From NCBI GenBank assembly GCA_019057795.1, contig JAHLWS010000071.1:1-64000 (forward strand): a stretch of 64,000 nucleotides of DNA. The letters are read 5' to 3'. Under the pieces are notes generated by a model, which searched no databases, was not told the DNA's origin, and saw only the letters and a list, made by a program, of their open reading frames with translations. This DNA is from Promethearchaeota archaeon (GTDB lineage: Archaea > Asgardarchaeota > Lokiarchaeia > Sigyniarchaeales > SOKP01). The translations under genes and the position numbers were made by a program. This document shows, one piece after another, positions 8,375-19,003 of the stretch. Position 1 is the stretch's first letter; each line of letters begins with the position of its first letter.

Positions 8375-10435
8375 TTAGAACGGACCATCTAAGCTCATAA
8401 AAACGCAGGGATGATCAGCAGCAGTTCCTCCAGTGTATGTGATGGAATAAACTGATGTATTAAGCTCCCCAGATACGAAGATATGATCTATTCTGCCATC
8501 TGGGAGCCTAGTCTCCCAACCTTCGGGTACAATGCCAATTGTCTTTGTAGGGGACGATTCCCAACAATCGTATAATTGTGCCACTGTTATATTATATTGT
8601 TCGGTACCAAGTTCAAAGTTAAAATCTCCCATTAATATTACATTGCTCAAACCGTTAGTTACCGATAAAATATTTTCTTGTTGGATAATTTGAGAACGAT
8701 CTTCTGCAGGGTCCTCGTAATTTCCGAGGTGTGTAATGAAAATATTGAATGTTGTGCTTCCAACAATAATTTGAGCCCATATCGTCGCTGTTTGTTCTCC
8801 CTTGCTTTCCATATAAAATGTTTTAGGGTTTAAGATCGGATATTTTGAAAGCAATGCAATTCCAAAGGTCCCAGTCAATGTTTTTGGCCCATAGTATGAA
8901 TACAACTTCAAGCGATTACTAACAAATCTAACAATGTCTGAATTTCCACTTGAAATTCTGCAAGTATCTGATTCTTGTAATCCTATGATATCGGCATTCA
9001 GATCCTCGATGACCTGATATTGAGCGTCAAAATTTTTGTTACCAGGTTCGTCTGATCCTTGCTGTATGTTATATGACAAGACTCTTAAAGAATCTCCAGA
9101 TACATCGTGATCTATAGGGAATTCAAATACTATAGCCCCTATTAAAGAAGCTAAACTTATCATAACAATTATTAACGAGGCTTTTTTTTTGCTTTTGACG
9201 ATTGAATTAATTGAATCAAATGTACCTCTCGAAGCTTTATTTATTAAAAAGAGCGGTAAGAACACGAACATTCCTAATATTAGGAATATAACCCAAATTG
9301 CGTCTCTAAATAAATCTCCGATTAAAGGAATGTAATCCCATACAATCGTAAAAACAGCAGATAAAATCATAATTAGGAAAAAGCCAGACGAGACAAAAAA
9401 ACTACCACCTAGTTTTCTTATACCTGGTCTACTTCTAAATAATTCGCTCGATAGTAAGATAAAATCAAGTAATATTATTGGGCTTAGAACCAACATTATC
9501 ATTAGCATCGCTTCGTTTAACATATTTGCACCAGGAGGATAGAATGGATAAGACGGAACAAAAGCAAAGATTATAGTATTGCCTAATATGGTTAAAATTA
9601 GAGTCAAAATAAAAGTAAGATTCCAAATAGTAACTATATACGATTTTAATTTCCCTATTATACCTGGATTAGAGATTACAAGAATTATAAAGGCAGTATT
9701 CACTAAAACGAGAAGTGTTAGAATTAAAATGTAATTTACTTCCGTCCACCTTGCTATAATTGTAGGGCTACTAAATACGAAATATATCAAAGTTATTACG
9801 CTTATCATCCCTAGAGTTAGTCCAATAATTTTCCATTTGCTTGCTGGTTTAAAGTCACTTTTTTTTACTTCGTTTGAAGAGGTTGAGCTTTGCTCTGAAT
9901 TTACTAAATGGATTATCATCAATCCCGCAAATATGGCTAATATCCACCCAATCCACATGAACCAACTGTATGTAGATAGATCAATAGAAGATCCCAGTGT
10001 TCGCAATGAGATCGATAATAATAATCCTAAACCTAAACCAGCTCCTAATAAAATTCCGTTGCTTTCGTGATTTCCTTTGGTTTTTTTATGAAGATAAACT
10101 GGAAAAAAAAACATAAAACAACCCAATCCTAATCCCGTGACAAGCATTTTTAGTTGAACATCTAAAAAAGGTTGTAAAACTCTACAAATAACAAAAATCT
10201 CCCCGATTGCGATAAAAGCTTTGTTAGGAAAACCTCTTTTAAAGAATAAAAGCAAAAATGGAGTCAAAAGAAATAACAAAGCTAAGACATTCTCGTTCAA
10301 TTCCACTTCAATAAGATTTAACGCGTAAATCGATTCTAAGAACTCTGTCATGAGTTGGAAAAAGAATAGAAACATTATACTGAGAAACACTAATTCTGAA
10401 TAGAATTTATTAACAAATTTGTTATAGATTTCCAT
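8375..10435 (-). CDS. Multi-pass membrane protein with C-terminal EEP domain, CWH43/PGAP2IP-like
   Basis: About 13 hydrophobic segments then SYNIQQG, GLQESD, GIALLSKYPI, THLG, MGDFN, IDHIF, DH; start moved to ATG 10435 (686 aa) to avoid overlap with the upstream gene. Confidence 0.85.
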   Translation of the reverse strand: MEIYNKFVNKFYSELVFLSIMFLFFFQLMTEFLESIYALNLIEVELNENVLALLFLLTPFLLLFFKRGFPNKAFIAIGEIFVICRVLQPFLDVQLKMLVTGLGLGCFMFFFPVYLHKKTKGNHESNGILLGAGLGLGLLLSISLRTLGSSIDLSTYSWFMWIGWILAIFAGLMIIHLVNSEQSSTSSNEVKKSDFKPASKWKIIGLTLGMISVITLIYFVFSSPTIIARWTEVNYILILTLLVLVNTAFIILVISNPGIIGKLKSYIVTIWNLTFILTLILTILGNTIIFAFVPSYPFYPPGANMLNEAMLMIMLVLSPIILLDFILLSSELFRSRPGIRKLGGSFFVSSGFFLIMILSAVFTIVWDYIPLIGDLFRDAIWVIFLILGMFVFLPLFLINKASRGTFDSINSIVKSKKKASLIIVMISLASLIGAIVFEFPIDHDVSGDSLRVLSYNIQQGSDEPGNKNFDAQYQVIEDLNADIIGLQESDTCRISSGNSDIVRFVSNRLKLYSYYGPKTLTGTFGIALLSKYPILNPKTFYMESKGEQTATIWAQIIVGSTTFNIFITHLGNYEDPAEDRSQIIQQENILSVTNGLSNVILMGDFNFELGTEQYNITVAQLYDCWESSPTKTIGIVPEGWETRLPDGRIDHIFVSGELNTSVYSITYTGGTAADHPCVFMSLDGPF

Positions 10436-10499
10436 ATTAAAATTTAATATTTTAGAAATATATAAACTTTTAATTATTTTTGAAAAAATTAGATGTGTT

Positions 10500-11207
10500 T
10501 TAGATAAAAATAACTTTCTCGAACAGAAAGTAGAAAAATGATACGCTACCAAGATAAAATAGCATTATACCAAAAGCAACAACAATTAACATTAAATAAT
10601 TCATATTTTCTATCTTTTGAAAATAATAAAAAGTGGTAAGGCCTAAAAGAACTTCAGGTATAATTATGTAGACGGCTAAATGATCGAAAATTAGAGTGAC
10701 ATTTTGAGGGTACCACGATTGAAGCATCCACATAGATTGTTCGGAAAGCCCAAAAATCGTTAATGAGATTAATCCTACGGCAATAAGGGCCTTAGAGTAA
10801 GAGTAATTTTCCTTTAACTTGAGTCCAATAAAACAAATTAAAAATAAAGGGATAGCCCATAATCCTGCCATGTATCCAGAAACAGGTCCAATTTTAAACA
10901 GTCCATCCTCGGGAAAGACTAATATGTTTAACTGAGCCGATAGGAACCAATCTGGCCATATTTGAAATAAACTTATTAAAAAAACAAAAACCCATAGCTT
11001 TACCCATTCACTATATTTTCTGAACAAACCTACTAATGAAATTAGTAGATTATAACCGATTACAAGTATAAATAATTTTATCCCTATTGCAATTTGGATT
11101 GGTATAAATAAAACAGCGAAGCATAAAACTGTGAAAATAAAATGAACTATAATAAAATCCCTAGTTGTTTTTGCTGTATTTGCGTTTTTCTCCATAATAG
11201 TTACCAA
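10500..11207 (-). CDS. Hypothetical membrane protein
   Basis: About 7 TM segments, PDWFLS and MAGLWAIP motifs. Confidence 0.75.
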   Translation of the reverse strand: MVTIMEKNANTAKTTRDFIIVHFIFTVLCFAVLFIPIQIAIGIKLFILVIGYNLLISLVGLFRKYSEWVKLWVFVFLISLFQIWPDWFLSAQLNILVFPEDGLFKIGPVSGYMAGLWAIPLFLICFIGLKLKENYSYSKALIAVGLISLTIFGLSEQSMWMLQSWYPQNVTLIFDHLAVYIIIPEVLLGLTTFYYFQKIENMNYLMLIVVAFGIMLFYLGSVSFFYFLFEKVIFI

Positions 11208-11295
11208 TATTAAAGAAATATATATACTTTTAACATATTTTAAATAAACAAATAATCGATCAAAAAAATGATATAAATAATTAATGTGATTTGGT

Positions 11296-12141
11296 ATGGG
11301 AGAGGAAATTAAAACAGTTGGAATTGTTGGAGCAGGTTTTACCGGAAAACAGATAGCTGCTCAAACAGCTCTAAACAACTTCATAGTAAAAGTTTATGAT
11401 ATTGACACAAAAATTCTAGAAGACGCTAAAAAATATATCACAGGAGTTCTAAAACGAAAAAAACAATTAGAAGCAATCCAAAACGTTTCATACTATTCAG
11501 AATTAGATAAATCGTTGGAGGATGTTGAGCTTGTAATTGAAGCAGTTCCAGAAAATCTCGAATTAAAAAGAAAAGTGTTTTCTCAAATTGATAGTTTAGC
11601 CCCTTCAAAGACTATTATTGCTACCAATAGTTCTTCTTATCCCGTTTCGAGAATTGAATCTGCGGTCAAGAGGAGAGATAAAGTACTAAATATGCATTTT
11701 TATCCTCCAATTCCTACGCGACCAATGGCAGATATTATGCGCGGAACTGAGACTAGCGATGAAATTTTTGAAATTGGAAAAAATTGGATAATAAATATTG
11801 GATGCGAACCTCTTATAGTAAAAAAAGAATGTTTTGGGTTTGTTTTCAATAGAATATGGCACGCTGTAAAAAAAGAGTGCATTAAAATGTGGGCGGGAGG
11901 TTATGCAGATATAGAAGTTATTGATACAGCTTGGAAAATATTTACTAAAATGAAATTGGGGCCATTTACTATGATGGATGGTATCGGTTTAGATGTTGCA
12001 TATGCTGTAGAAATGTCATATTATGAAGAGAGTGGAGACCCAAAAGACAAACCACCGCAAGCTTTTAGGGAAATGGTAGAACGAGGGGATTTAGGCTTAA
12101 AAACTGGAAAGGGATTTTATACTTGGAAAAAAAAGAAATGA
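11296..12141 (+). CDS. 3-hydroxyacyl-CoA dehydrogenase
   Basis: GAGFTG Rossmann motif, EAVPE, ATNSSS, MHF, GFVFNR, GPF, GLKTGKGFY. Confidence 0.93.
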   Translation: MGEEIKTVGIVGAGFTGKQIAAQTALNNFIVKVYDIDTKILEDAKKYITGVLKRKKQLEAIQNVSYYSELDKSLEDVELVIEAVPENLELKRKVFSQIDSLAPSKTIIATNSSSYPVSRIESAVKRRDKVLNMHFYPPIPTRPMADIMRGTETSDEIFEIGKNWIINIGCEPLIVKKECFGFVFNRIWHAVKKECIKMWAGGYADIEVIDTAWKIFTKMKLGPFTMMDGIGLDVAYAVEMSYYEESGDPKDKPPQAFREMVERGDLGLKTGKGFYTWKKKK

Positions 12142-12256
12142 TATGTTTTCTAATATTAAGATTATTGCTTACCGTTGAACAAGGCTTATGAATTAGGATA
12201 AGATTTTTAAAAATAAAAAATATTTAAAAATTATTAGAATATCAATATCGCATTCC

Positions 12257-12535
12257 TCATTTCTTTATTTTTCTCCAGATCGAACGAACACCTAAATATC
12301 CCATCGCTCCTAATACTCCATAAACGGCACCGTTAATCAGGCCACCCCAAAGGATGTTAATTGGAATTTCAACTATGTGACATCTTGGATCACAAACTTC
12401 GACATATTTAGGAAATAGAATGCTTCCTGGCAAGACATTCATTGGAGCAATAAATGATACTAATAAAACTCCAATGAAGACGATAACAAAAGTAAGTGTA
12501 ACAAATACATTAAAATAACTATCAACTGACGACAT
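12257..12535 (-). CDS. Small two-TM hypothetical protein
   Basis: 92 aa, two hydrophobic helices, loop with CDPRC, basic C-terminus. Confidence 0.6.
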   Translation of the reverse strand: MSSVDSYFNVFVTLTFVIVFIGVLLVSFIAPMNVLPGSILFPKYVEVCDPRCHIVEIPINILWGGLINGAVYGVLGAMGYLGVRSIWRKIKK

Positions 12536-12664
12536 TTTTACAAACCATGAATATAAGTTTAAACAAGAAGAATTAAGAATGGTATTTAAATCTTCTATAA
12601 TAAAGAAAAAGACAATACGCTAAAATATAACATAACACGAATAAAAGAATTAAATTTTTTTATT

Positions 12665-13600
12665 TTATACTCCTAAGATTAATATTAAGACCCATATAAG
12701 ACCAAAACTAATTATAATTGACAGGTTTACAATCATCGTCACTAATTTTTGATCGTAATCGTATTCTACAGAGAAAGGTATAACCGCAAGACCCACAGGC
12801 AAAAGCAAAGAAAGGCAAATAATAATCCTAAAAAGTGGGTCAAATAAGCTTGTCGGTAGAAAAAAGAATAATATTAACCCTACAAATAATCCTAACGCAT
12901 ATCTTAGCATAAGAACTTTAATTATTGATATCCATTCAACCTTACCGAATTTAAAATTAAGAAAAATCCCCAATAATAACAACGCTAAAGCTGTATTTGC
13001 CCTTGCTAATACATCTATTAACTCAGAGAAAATAAATGGGATTGTAAATCCAGAAAAGTTTATTGTAAGAGCGATAACATAACTCATTAAAGGAGCAGAT
13101 TTGATTAAACGCTTTAATATGAATTTAAAATCGACTTTAACGCCTTCTTCGTGATTTTTCGGAGAATAAATCGACGCTAAAATATAACATAATACGAAAA
13201 TCGTAAAAGCATTACCTGCGTCAACAAGAGCAATATATCGCATTCCAGCGGCGCCCCAAATGCCTTCTACTAATGGGAAAAAGAAATGTGCGATGTTAAA
13301 GCCTACCATAGTCATAATCATCGCTCCTTTTAAACGATTCGGACGCTTTCTAAAGCTTAGTATTCCAATTGCAGCCATTCCAAGACCAAAAGCTAAATTA
13401 ACTAAAGGTAGTAATAATAATGACAATTCAAATTGGATTGTACTGGTAAATTTAAGAATTACTGCGGGCAAAGTAACGTTAAAGATGATTTTAGCAATAA
13501 CATCCCCATTTTCTTCCTTTATTATTCCTAATCTTTTAATTAAATAACCAATAGCAACGATAAAGATTGATATCAAAAAAACGACATTTACGTCAGTCAT
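12665..13600 (-). CDS. AEC (auxin efflux carrier) family transporter
   Basis: 10 TM, NVTLPA, GFN..FFPLV, LALLLLG pattern. Confidence 0.85.
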   Translation of the reverse strand: MTDVNVVFLISIFIVAIGYLIKRLGIIKEENGDVIAKIIFNVTLPAVILKFTSTIQFELSLLLLPLVNLAFGLGMAAIGILSFRKRPNRLKGAMIMTMVGFNIAHFFFPLVEGIWGAAGMRYIALVDAGNAFTIFVLCYILASIYSPKNHEEGVKVDFKFILKRLIKSAPLMSYVIALTINFSGFTIPFIFSELIDVLARANTALALLLLGIFLNFKFGKVEWISIIKVLMLRYALGLFVGLILFFFLPTSLFDPLFRIIICLSLLLPVGLAVIPFSVEYDYDQKLVTMIVNLSIIISFGLIWVLILILGV

Positions 13601-13718
13601 ACTATTGGTAATTAATGTTTTTTTAGTAGATTATTAAAATATTTAAAATAATTAAATAATTATTTAATCTGATACCTAAAAATTGAAATAATAAAGAATT
13701 CATTAAAAGTGAGGAAAA

Positions 13719-14633
13719 TTGAAACCTAATCTACTTTCGGATAAAAAAGTAATAATTACGGCAGCAATTACAGGTGGAATTCATGGTAAATGGGCAAATC
13801 CCGCTCTGCCATTAACTGCCGAAGAACAAGCGCAAGCTGCGTTAGAATGTTACGAAGCGGGGGCTTCAATTGTTCATATTCATGTTCGCGGCGATGATGG
13901 TCAAAATACTCCTGATTTAAAATATTATGATAAAACAGTAAAGCAAATTGGGGAAAAATGTCCCGTAATAAGACAAATAGGAAATGGAATAGGCGCTAAA
14001 GTTGTAGAACATGCATTTACCACTAAATCTGGTAAAAAAAGAGTTACGACCGAAATTGTCCAACCCTCTTTAGAAGAACGATTAAACCTAATAAATATTG
14101 AACCCGAACCTGAAATGCATACTATTAATGCTGGTTCTTTCGAATTTAGAACTCCCTATGGGGGATCGCTATTCCTAAATCCACAAGATTTCAATCGCAA
14201 ATATATCAAAAGGTGCAATAAAAAAGGTTTTGGTATAGAAATCGAGGTGTACGATTCCAGTCATATTACTAACGTTTTAGAATTTGTTGAAACCGGGCTT
14301 TTAACACCTCCTCTACACTTTAGCTTAGTATTAGGTATTAAAGGCGGCGCTGAGGCCAACCCTGCTAATCTTTTACGCATGGTTGATCAAATACCAGAAG
14401 GATCAACATGGCAAGTAGTTACTGTTGGCAAATTCAATTTACGTACGACTGTAATGGCTATGTGTATGGGAGGTAATATAAGAACTGGCTTGGAAGATAC
14501 TATTTATTACGGAAAAGGAGAACTTGCTCAAGGTAATGCTCAATTAGTAAAAAGAATGGTTAGAATAGCTAAAGAAATCGGAAGAGAAGTCGCTACTGTC
14601 GATGAAGCTAAACAAACTTTAGGAATAATATAA
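13719..14633 (+). CDS. 3-keto-5-aminohexanoate cleavage enzyme (BKACE/Kce family)
   Basis: ITAAITG, AGASIVHIHVR, RTGLED, NAQLV. Confidence 0.92.
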   Translation: MKPNLLSDKKVIITAAITGGIHGKWANPALPLTAEEQAQAALECYEAGASIVHIHVRGDDGQNTPDLKYYDKTVKQIGEKCPVIRQIGNGIGAKVVEHAFTTKSGKKRVTTEIVQPSLEERLNLINIEPEPEMHTINAGSFEFRTPYGGSLFLNPQDFNRKYIKRCNKKGFGIEIEVYDSSHITNVLEFVETGLLTPPLHFSLVLGIKGGAEANPANLLRMVDQIPEGSTWQVVTVGKFNLRTTVMAMCMGGNIRTGLEDTIYYGKGELAQGNAQLVKRMVRIAKEIGREVATVDEAKQTLGII

Positions 14634-14743
14634 AAATCGTTGGAGTTATTCAACGTGACTTATTTTTTGAACATTACCATAATTTCATACTAACATTTAT
14701 TAAGTGAAGTTAGATCTTTTTATATAGCATTATAGAGAGTGAT

Positions 14744-15208
14744 TTGATGGGTAGAAAAAATTTCACTTTATTTGGCTTTAACTTGACGCAAAAACAATCG
14801 GTACAAATATTTATATTATCACTTGCAGGAATCATCATTTCAGTATTTTTGTTAATGACGATTGTGCCCTCTTTAATAATGAACGTCATATATTATGGTT
14901 CTTATAATGATCCTTATTATGATCCAGATGACTATTATCTTATTTTGATGATTATTAGCATGCTTCCTTATATAGTTGTAATTTGTGGGATATTTTTATT
15001 GTGTCTTTATTCCTTGATTCGATGCAGGAAAATTGCCAAATACTACTCTCCCTTAATTGATCCTGTGTTAGAACCGAAACCAAAATCCTCCTATACTGAA
15101 GCGAGACCGAACTCTATTGCCCAATTTTGTTCTAATTGTGGAAAAATGAAGGAAGGCCTTGAAAAATTTTGTACTAAATGTGGGCATCAAGTAGTGTATC
15201 AAAAATAA
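14744..15208 (+). CDS. Two-TM protein with C-terminal zinc ribbon
   Basis: FCSNCG...FCTKCG at the C-terminus. Confidence 0.8.
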   Translation: MMGRKNFTLFGFNLTQKQSVQIFILSLAGIIISVFLLMTIVPSLIMNVIYYGSYNDPYYDPDDYYLILMIISMLPYIVVICGIFLLCLYSLIRCRKIAKYYSPLIDPVLEPKPKSSYTEARPNSIAQFCSNCGKMKEGLEKFCTKCGHQVVYQK

Positions 15209-15213
15209 AATAT

Positions 15214-16371
15214 TTATAATTTCAACGGATAAACTCCGTAATTCTTAGTGGCTTCAATCATCCATTTGATATTTTGATAAGTCATATCTGGATGGGAGTT
15301 AGAAGGAGATAACATATAACCTCCACCACGACCAAGATTTCTAATTGCGTATTTCACAGCATCTTCAACTTCTTTCTGGGTTCCTTTTACTAGAATATGA
15401 GATGTGTCAATATTACCAAGGAGGCATAATTTATCGCCTACCTTCTTTTTTACTAATTCTAAATCTACATAGGGTGGTTCAAGACAATGTAATCCATCAA
15501 AACCGGCTTCAAGCACGAAATCAAGCAGTGAAGTGATGTCACCGTCCGAATGGAAAATGATTTTGCCTCCCCACTCGTGTACTGCCTCTGTGACTCGTTT
15601 CATACAAGGCAAAACGTATTTATCGATGTATTTTGGATTAATTAGTGGACCACTTTTAAATGCAATATCTCCACCTTCGAAGAATATCTTCGCTCCGCAG
15701 TCAGCGTAAACTTTAAAAACTCCTAATACAAATTCTGTAGTTTGTTCAAACCTTTCTTGAATTAATTTCGGATTTTTACGCAAAGCCCTTGCAAACGCGC
15801 CCATTCCCATTCCTTGCCATACGGGAGGAAACACGCTAGCGAAATCATCTTGAGCCATCATGCAAAAGTCTGTGTTCACAAACTTTTTTTTATGTCTTTG
15901 AATTGTTCTGAAAAACTTTTTGGCTCGCCTAAAGTGTTCGTTGAAGTCAGGTTTAGGAAAATGTTCCCAATCTTCTTGATTTTTAATCTGGCCGTCAATA
16001 TAATAAGGAAAGATATTTCCGTCGAGATTAATGATTTTATATTTTCGACCAAATATATCGGTCATTTCTTCTTTACTTTTAAACTTAAATGGAATATATC
16101 CGGCTCCGCATGTATCGTAACCAATGGCAGCCGCAGTTTCTATCGCTCGTGAAAACACATTTATTTCGATTTCCGTCATAATACTATTAACCCGGTTGAC
16201 CCAATCGTCAGGGTATTGTTGTTCAAGTTCATCGAAAACATCAAATGCGCTTCTAGGTGGTTTTCCCAACACTTCATCGCATACGACTCCGTCAACGGCT
16301 ACAGCGTGGATTGGGACTCGATCTACGGGCTCGTGATTTAACGCTGCCCATACTCTTTCTTTACTATTCAT
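15214..16371 (-). CDS. Uroporphyrinogen decarboxylase / MtaA-like family protein
   Basis: MNSKERVWAAL..EPVDRVP, FHSDG, LLGNID, GGGYML. Confidence 0.88.
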   Translation of the reverse strand: MNSKERVWAALNHEPVDRVPIHAVAVDGVVCDEVLGKPPRSAFDVFDELEQQYPDDWVNRVNSIMTEIEINVFSRAIETAAAIGYDTCGAGYIPFKFKSKEEMTDIFGRKYKIINLDGNIFPYYIDGQIKNQEDWEHFPKPDFNEHFRRAKKFFRTIQRHKKKFVNTDFCMMAQDDFASVFPPVWQGMGMGAFARALRKNPKLIQERFEQTTEFVLGVFKVYADCGAKIFFEGGDIAFKSGPLINPKYIDKYVLPCMKRVTEAVHEWGGKIIFHSDGDITSLLDFVLEAGFDGLHCLEPPYVDLELVKKKVGDKLCLLGNIDTSHILVKGTQKEVEDAVKYAIRNLGRGGGYMLSPSNSHPDMTYQNIKWMIEATKNYGVYPLKL

Positions 16372-16446
16372 TATTTAGATTGTTCGAAGTTAATTTTAAA
16401 ATTAAATTAATTATGAAAAAATAAAAAAAAATAAAAAAATTTTACT

Positions 16447-17859
16447 TTAAGCTCGGATTTCTTTCAGTTTTTCTCTTACGCTTTCAAGTCTTTCCCCATG
16501 TAAACCATAAAATTTCATGGATAGAAGTCCAATTGCAAGTGCGATAATAGGAAAGATAACCATTATGGCTTTTAGACCTAATATAACTACATTTATATCT
16601 GAAGGTAAGGGATCAAATTGTTTGTCCCAACCTATATTTCCGAACATAAATCCAATAGTTAAAATGACTAAAATTATTGAGATTCGATGAATAAATGCGT
16701 TAATTCCATAGTAACTTGCAGATCGCTTAACTCCGAATTTAACTGCGTCTTCGTCTATAACGTCAGCGTGTAAAATGTCTACGTAAAACAATGCCCCTGA
16801 CAATGGAAAACCTTGAAGTGCTATAAGAAGAATAAATGCGATTTGAAACTCTTCTCCAGTTATAAATAAGAATGGAAGCAGCGTACAAATCCAAATTCCT
16901 AATGTTATCATGAAGGCTTTGCGCATTCCGTATTTAAAGCCAAGTTTTTTGTGAATTGGCATGACAAGTGCAGCAAGGATAAAAGCTAACATTAGCGCTA
17001 TCCCGACTATAAGCGAGCCGCCTCCTGCAAAAAGAGAACCTCCGATAACGAATTCAGCGTAAATTGGTATAATCATAGGTAAAATGCTAAAACAATACCA
17101 TACAGCGGTGTTTGCTACAACAAATTTTATAAATGTTTTATTAGTCAATGTAATTTTCATTGATTGAAAAAACGATGGTCTTTTTTCGAAATCTTCCGCC
17201 ATTTCTACTTTCTCTTCAATCCCCTTCAAAAGAAACGGTATTGAGATTATAAGCGTAAAAACTGCTATGACGATCGCCATAGTAAAATATTGGCTTTTAG
17301 CGAGGGGAATTGCGGTGGTTTCTGGAACGTAATCGGTAATTAATATCATCGGAATAATCGAACTTAAAATTAAGGCAACTACGGTTAGACCTTTTATAAG
17401 TAAATTAGTATCAGCTCTCTGTTTCTCATTTGGGAACATTTCTGGGAAAAGTGCGTTCACATTTACATCAAACATGGTATAGAAGAACTCAAAGATAACA
17501 ATCGTTGATAAGAAGTAAGTAAACTCTAGCATTTTATCACTTGTATTGAAAGGCACGTAGAACATTAAAACCACCATAAGGCATAAAGGAATTATCGAAA
17601 TTAGTAGAAAAAACTTTCTTTTTCCCCACTTTCCTCTATGTTTCGTCCTTTCCGAGAGCGCTCCGAGCATTGGATCGTTAACTGCATTCCATATACCCCA
17701 AATAACGTATGTAATTATCATTAAATCCAAAGGTATTAAGACGACTGTAAAATAAAACGTAAATATCAAAAATTGAAAGATTTGGTAAGTTAGCTGGTCC
17801 GGAAAAGCACTAAGCCCAAAAAGGAATTTCTTCTTAAATGTTAATTTCTCTTCACTCAT
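16447..17859 (-). CDS. MFS transporter, GPH/MelB family
   Basis: WNAVNDPMLGALSERT..KWGKRK, ADVIDED, 12 TM. Confidence 0.9.
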   Translation of the reverse strand: MSEEKLTFKKKFLFGLSAFPDQLTYQIFQFLIFTFYFTVVLIPLDLMIITYVIWGIWNAVNDPMLGALSERTKHRGKWGKRKFFLLISIIPLCLMVVLMFYVPFNTSDKMLEFTYFLSTIVIFEFFYTMFDVNVNALFPEMFPNEKQRADTNLLIKGLTVVALILSSIIPMILITDYVPETTAIPLAKSQYFTMAIVIAVFTLIISIPFLLKGIEEKVEMAEDFEKRPSFFQSMKITLTNKTFIKFVVANTAVWYCFSILPMIIPIYAEFVIGGSLFAGGGSLIVGIALMLAFILAALVMPIHKKLGFKYGMRKAFMITLGIWICTLLPFLFITGEEFQIAFILLIALQGFPLSGALFYVDILHADVIDEDAVKFGVKRSASYYGINAFIHRISIILVILTIGFMFGNIGWDKQFDPLPSDINVVILGLKAIMVIFPIIALAIGLLSMKFYGLHGERLESVREKLKEIRA

Positions 17860-18104
17860 TATTTTTTATCCCTAAATTGTAATTAAATTATATTTAAATT
17901 TGATTACATTATATCTTATTTAAAATTATTCAATTATATAATATCTTACATCTAAGTTTATTTAGAATTAATTAGGTTAAAATCTACACACAATCAATAT
18001 GAAAAACTGTTTTTATAAAATATGAAACAATATTTTAAAACATGGAATTTATATTTATATTACATATATTAAAAAACTAATTTAAGAAAAAGAGAAGAAA
18101 AACT

Positions 18105-18902
18105 ATGAAAATTGTTGAAATTGAAGGAGTTGGAGAAAAATACGCAAAGACACTAGAAAAAGCAGCTATTGCAAATGTGGAAGACCTAATACCGTTAAAA
18201 TGGGGAGAAATCAAAGAACTTGCTAATACAACTAGTATTTCTTTAAAATTACTCGAAAAATGGCAAGATCAAGCAGAATTAATGGTAATTAAAGGCATTG
18301 GGCCCGAATACTCTGAAGTTTTAAATAAAATTGGTATTGATTCTACAAGAGAACTTGCCTATCGAAATCCTAAGAATACTTTAGATAAAATTATCGAGTT
18401 TGATAAGAAGCAACCTGATGTTATCAGAAAAATACCTAAAGTTGAAGATATTGAAGGTTGGATTAATGAGGCAAAAGATATGTATAATGTGAAGAAAACT
18501 AAGGGTACTCCGAAGGAAACACCGATTATTGAGATCGAAGGGATCGGTAAAAAATATGGAATAAAAATGGAAACAGCAGGAATTCTTGACGTTGAGAGTT
18601 TAATAGGATTAGATAGAGATGAAATTAAAGAATTAGCAAAAAAGACAAAGATTTCAGAAAAATTAATAGATAAGTGGGCTGAACACGCTGATTTGATGAG
18701 AATTGGGGGCATAGGTCCTGAATACGCTGAAGTGATTAATGAAATTGGAATTGACTCGGTTAAAGAGTTTGCTCAACGTAATCCGAATAATACTTTAGAG
18801 CGCATAATGAAATTAGATAAAGAAAAACCTGATATGTTTAGAAGACCTCCAACATTGAACATGGTTGAAGGTTGGATAGAGGAAGCTAAAAAAATTAAAT
18901 AA
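18105..18902 (+). CDS. DUF4332 tandem-domain helix-hairpin-helix protein
   Basis: Two ~133 aa repeats, each with IEG[VI]G and [KG]GIGPEY[SA]EV..IGIDS..E[LF]A.RNP. Confidence 0.85.
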   Translation: MKIVEIEGVGEKYAKTLEKAAIANVEDLIPLKWGEIKELANTTSISLKLLEKWQDQAELMVIKGIGPEYSEVLNKIGIDSTRELAYRNPKNTLDKIIEFDKKQPDVIRKIPKVEDIEGWINEAKDMYNVKKTKGTPKETPIIEIEGIGKKYGIKMETAGILDVESLIGLDRDEIKELAKKTKISEKLIDKWAEHADLMRIGGIGPEYAEVINEIGIDSVKEFAQRNPNNTLERIMKLDKEKPDMFRRPPTLNMVEGWIEEAKKIK

Positions 18903-19003
18903 CTATTTCCATATTATAAATAATTCATTTTTCTTTTTTTGAATAATTACATAAAACATAATTGTTTCTATAAGCTAAATTAATAAAGGAGTTTACTTAA
19001 AAA

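Noticed and set aside
10436-10552. 39-aa N-terminal extension of the EEP membrane protein
   Set aside because: Overlaps the upstream gene and spans an AT-rich promoter-like gap; ATG 10435 preferred
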